A program made the position numbers and the translations under genes. 54,329 nt of DNA. Source: Proteromonas lacertae (Eukaryota). The stretch is from the NCBI GenBank assembly GCA_002245135.1, contig NGBS01000328.1, positions 1 through 54,329 of the forward strand, in the 5' to 3' direction. Of this stretch, positions 53,066 to 54,329 are shown in pieces; positions within the stretch are counted from its first letter, which is position 1, and each line of letters opens with the position of its first letter. The notes below the pieces were generated by a model. That model was given only the letters and a program-made list of their open reading frames with translations, made no database searches and had not been told where the DNA came from.

Positions 53066-54329
53066 TTATTTAATATCTTCAACAAAAGTGTTTAATTCAT
53101 CAAATGGTAAAACATATTGTTCTTATCTTTTTCTTTGCTTCTTCAAAAAGTTTAGATTTATCCAGTTTTATAAGTCACTTGGTTGAAAAATTTTGGGATA
53201 TTTAGATATATCTCGATTTATCTTTTAATTTTTATACTCACTTGGTTATTTGGGCTTATATAAAATAAACCATATGGAGAATTATTATTAATAAGCTGTT
53301 TTGTGTTTGAAAAACATTCTATATAGATTTTGAAGTATCATTATCATTTCAGGTGCTAATGAATGACTCTTTCCAATTGTAATTTGAATTCCATATGCAG
53401 CTAGTAATAAATCAATATCGGGGTGATTATGTTTATAATTTAAGTCAATAATTGGAAATTTTTTTTCTTTATAATTAAAAGCTTTTATTTCTTTCTGTAA
53501 ATCACTATCATCTGAAACTTTAACTATTTCTTTTTTATCAAAGACAACATATTTATTCTTTTTATCATCTAAGTAATATTCTTTAATTTCATTAATCAAA
53601 CTATCATAAAAAGTTTTACAATTCTTCATTAAATATGATATAATTCTTTCATATAATAATCCAGCTAAACTTCCTACTGGATTTTCTTTTAAGTTTTATC
53701 ATTTTTTCACAACTTTCTTTATCATTTATCTTATAAAGTTTATCACATACCATCTTTTTGACTTCTTCAGATATAAATATAAGACCATTGGATTTTATAA
53801 TACCATTTTCATCTTCATATGTATCATATATCAATATATTATCATATTCACCTTTTGAAATGGAGATTTATTTATTCCTTTTAATATTTCTTCCATTATC
53901 ACCTTGTTCTTTTCATCATTAATTGAAGCTTTTATATAATTTTCACTGTCTTTATTTCTGTAAAACCAATAACACCTTTATATAATGGGTATTTTTCTTC
54001 ATACACTTTTTTCCATATATCATATTCATCCTTATTGAAAAATATTTGTGATTTATCAGAATTTATTTCATCACTATTTGCAAATCCTTTATATGTAATA
54101 TCCAGTTCAAAGCCATTCAAATTTTTAACTATAATGTATTTTGTTTCTCCAACTTTCTCTACTTCTTCTTGTGTTAATTGAGGTATATACATTATTGATG
54201 GAAATCTTTTACTTTGAAATGTTTTATACTGATTCTTGGATGGATTAGCTAATAATATTATCATTTTTGCATCTGCATAATCATCTTCACCAATTACAAC
54301 TTCATCAGAAATTACAATTTGAAATTTTT
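53066..54329 (-). pseudogene. CR-type NTPase-associated module plus restriction-endonuclease-like (REase) domain, frameshifted, 5' end outside the window
   Basis: DAKMIILLANPSKNQYKTFQSKRFPSIMYIP matches DAKMIILLADPTDKKYKTFQSKRCPLVMYIP of 9917-10921. It continues into NHPDID...IQITIGKSH and a terminal QYVL. Several single-base frame breaks. Confidence 0.65.

Noticed and set aside
1..54329. Alternative genetic code or stop-codon readthrough to explain the fragmented ORFs
   Set aside because: Most breaks resolve as short GT-AG introns, and long exons translate cleanly with the standard code.
1..54329. Stop codons created by polyadenylation
   Set aside because: The complete genes examined all have genome-encoded stop codons.
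1..54329. CRISPR array or prokaryotic operon
   Set aside because: There is no regularly spaced repeat-spacer pattern, and the genes are spliceosomal.

Overview
Very AT-rich, gene-dense eukaryotic DNA with many short (~25-45 nt) GT-AG introns. The intron size, compact spacing, He_PIG-type Ig domains and a mastigoneme-type EGF protein point to a Blastocystis-like stramenopile (inference). Housekeeping genes: Ca2+-binding mitochondrial carrier, acetyl-CoA transporter, TM9SF/EMP70, Cdt1, F-box/beta-helix protein, tRNA-His, UTP20, kinesin-1 heavy chain, VPS50/syndetin and RWDD2. Accessory genes: a pseudokinase-LRR gene, three BTB-Ig-SPRY genes, an MPG-like glycosylase and two Crinkler/RHS-type (CR) P-loop NTPase loci. 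The most striking pattern is that both CR loci sit next to DNA copied from the same kinesin/VPS50 head-to-head locus. The 8.3-10.9 kb CR locus is bracketed by inverted and direct copies of the kinesin/VPS50 bidirectional promoter plus an intron-containing kinesin fragment. The 53-54 kb CR NTPase-REase gene lies ~0.5 kb from the breakpoint of a ~5 kb, near-identical inverted duplication of VPS50/BTB, whose spacer holds a weak Fanzor/TnpB-like remnant. Single-base indels also break housekeeping genes, so sequencing errors are likely and pseudogene calls are tentative. All family assignments come from motif recognition by eye, not database searches.
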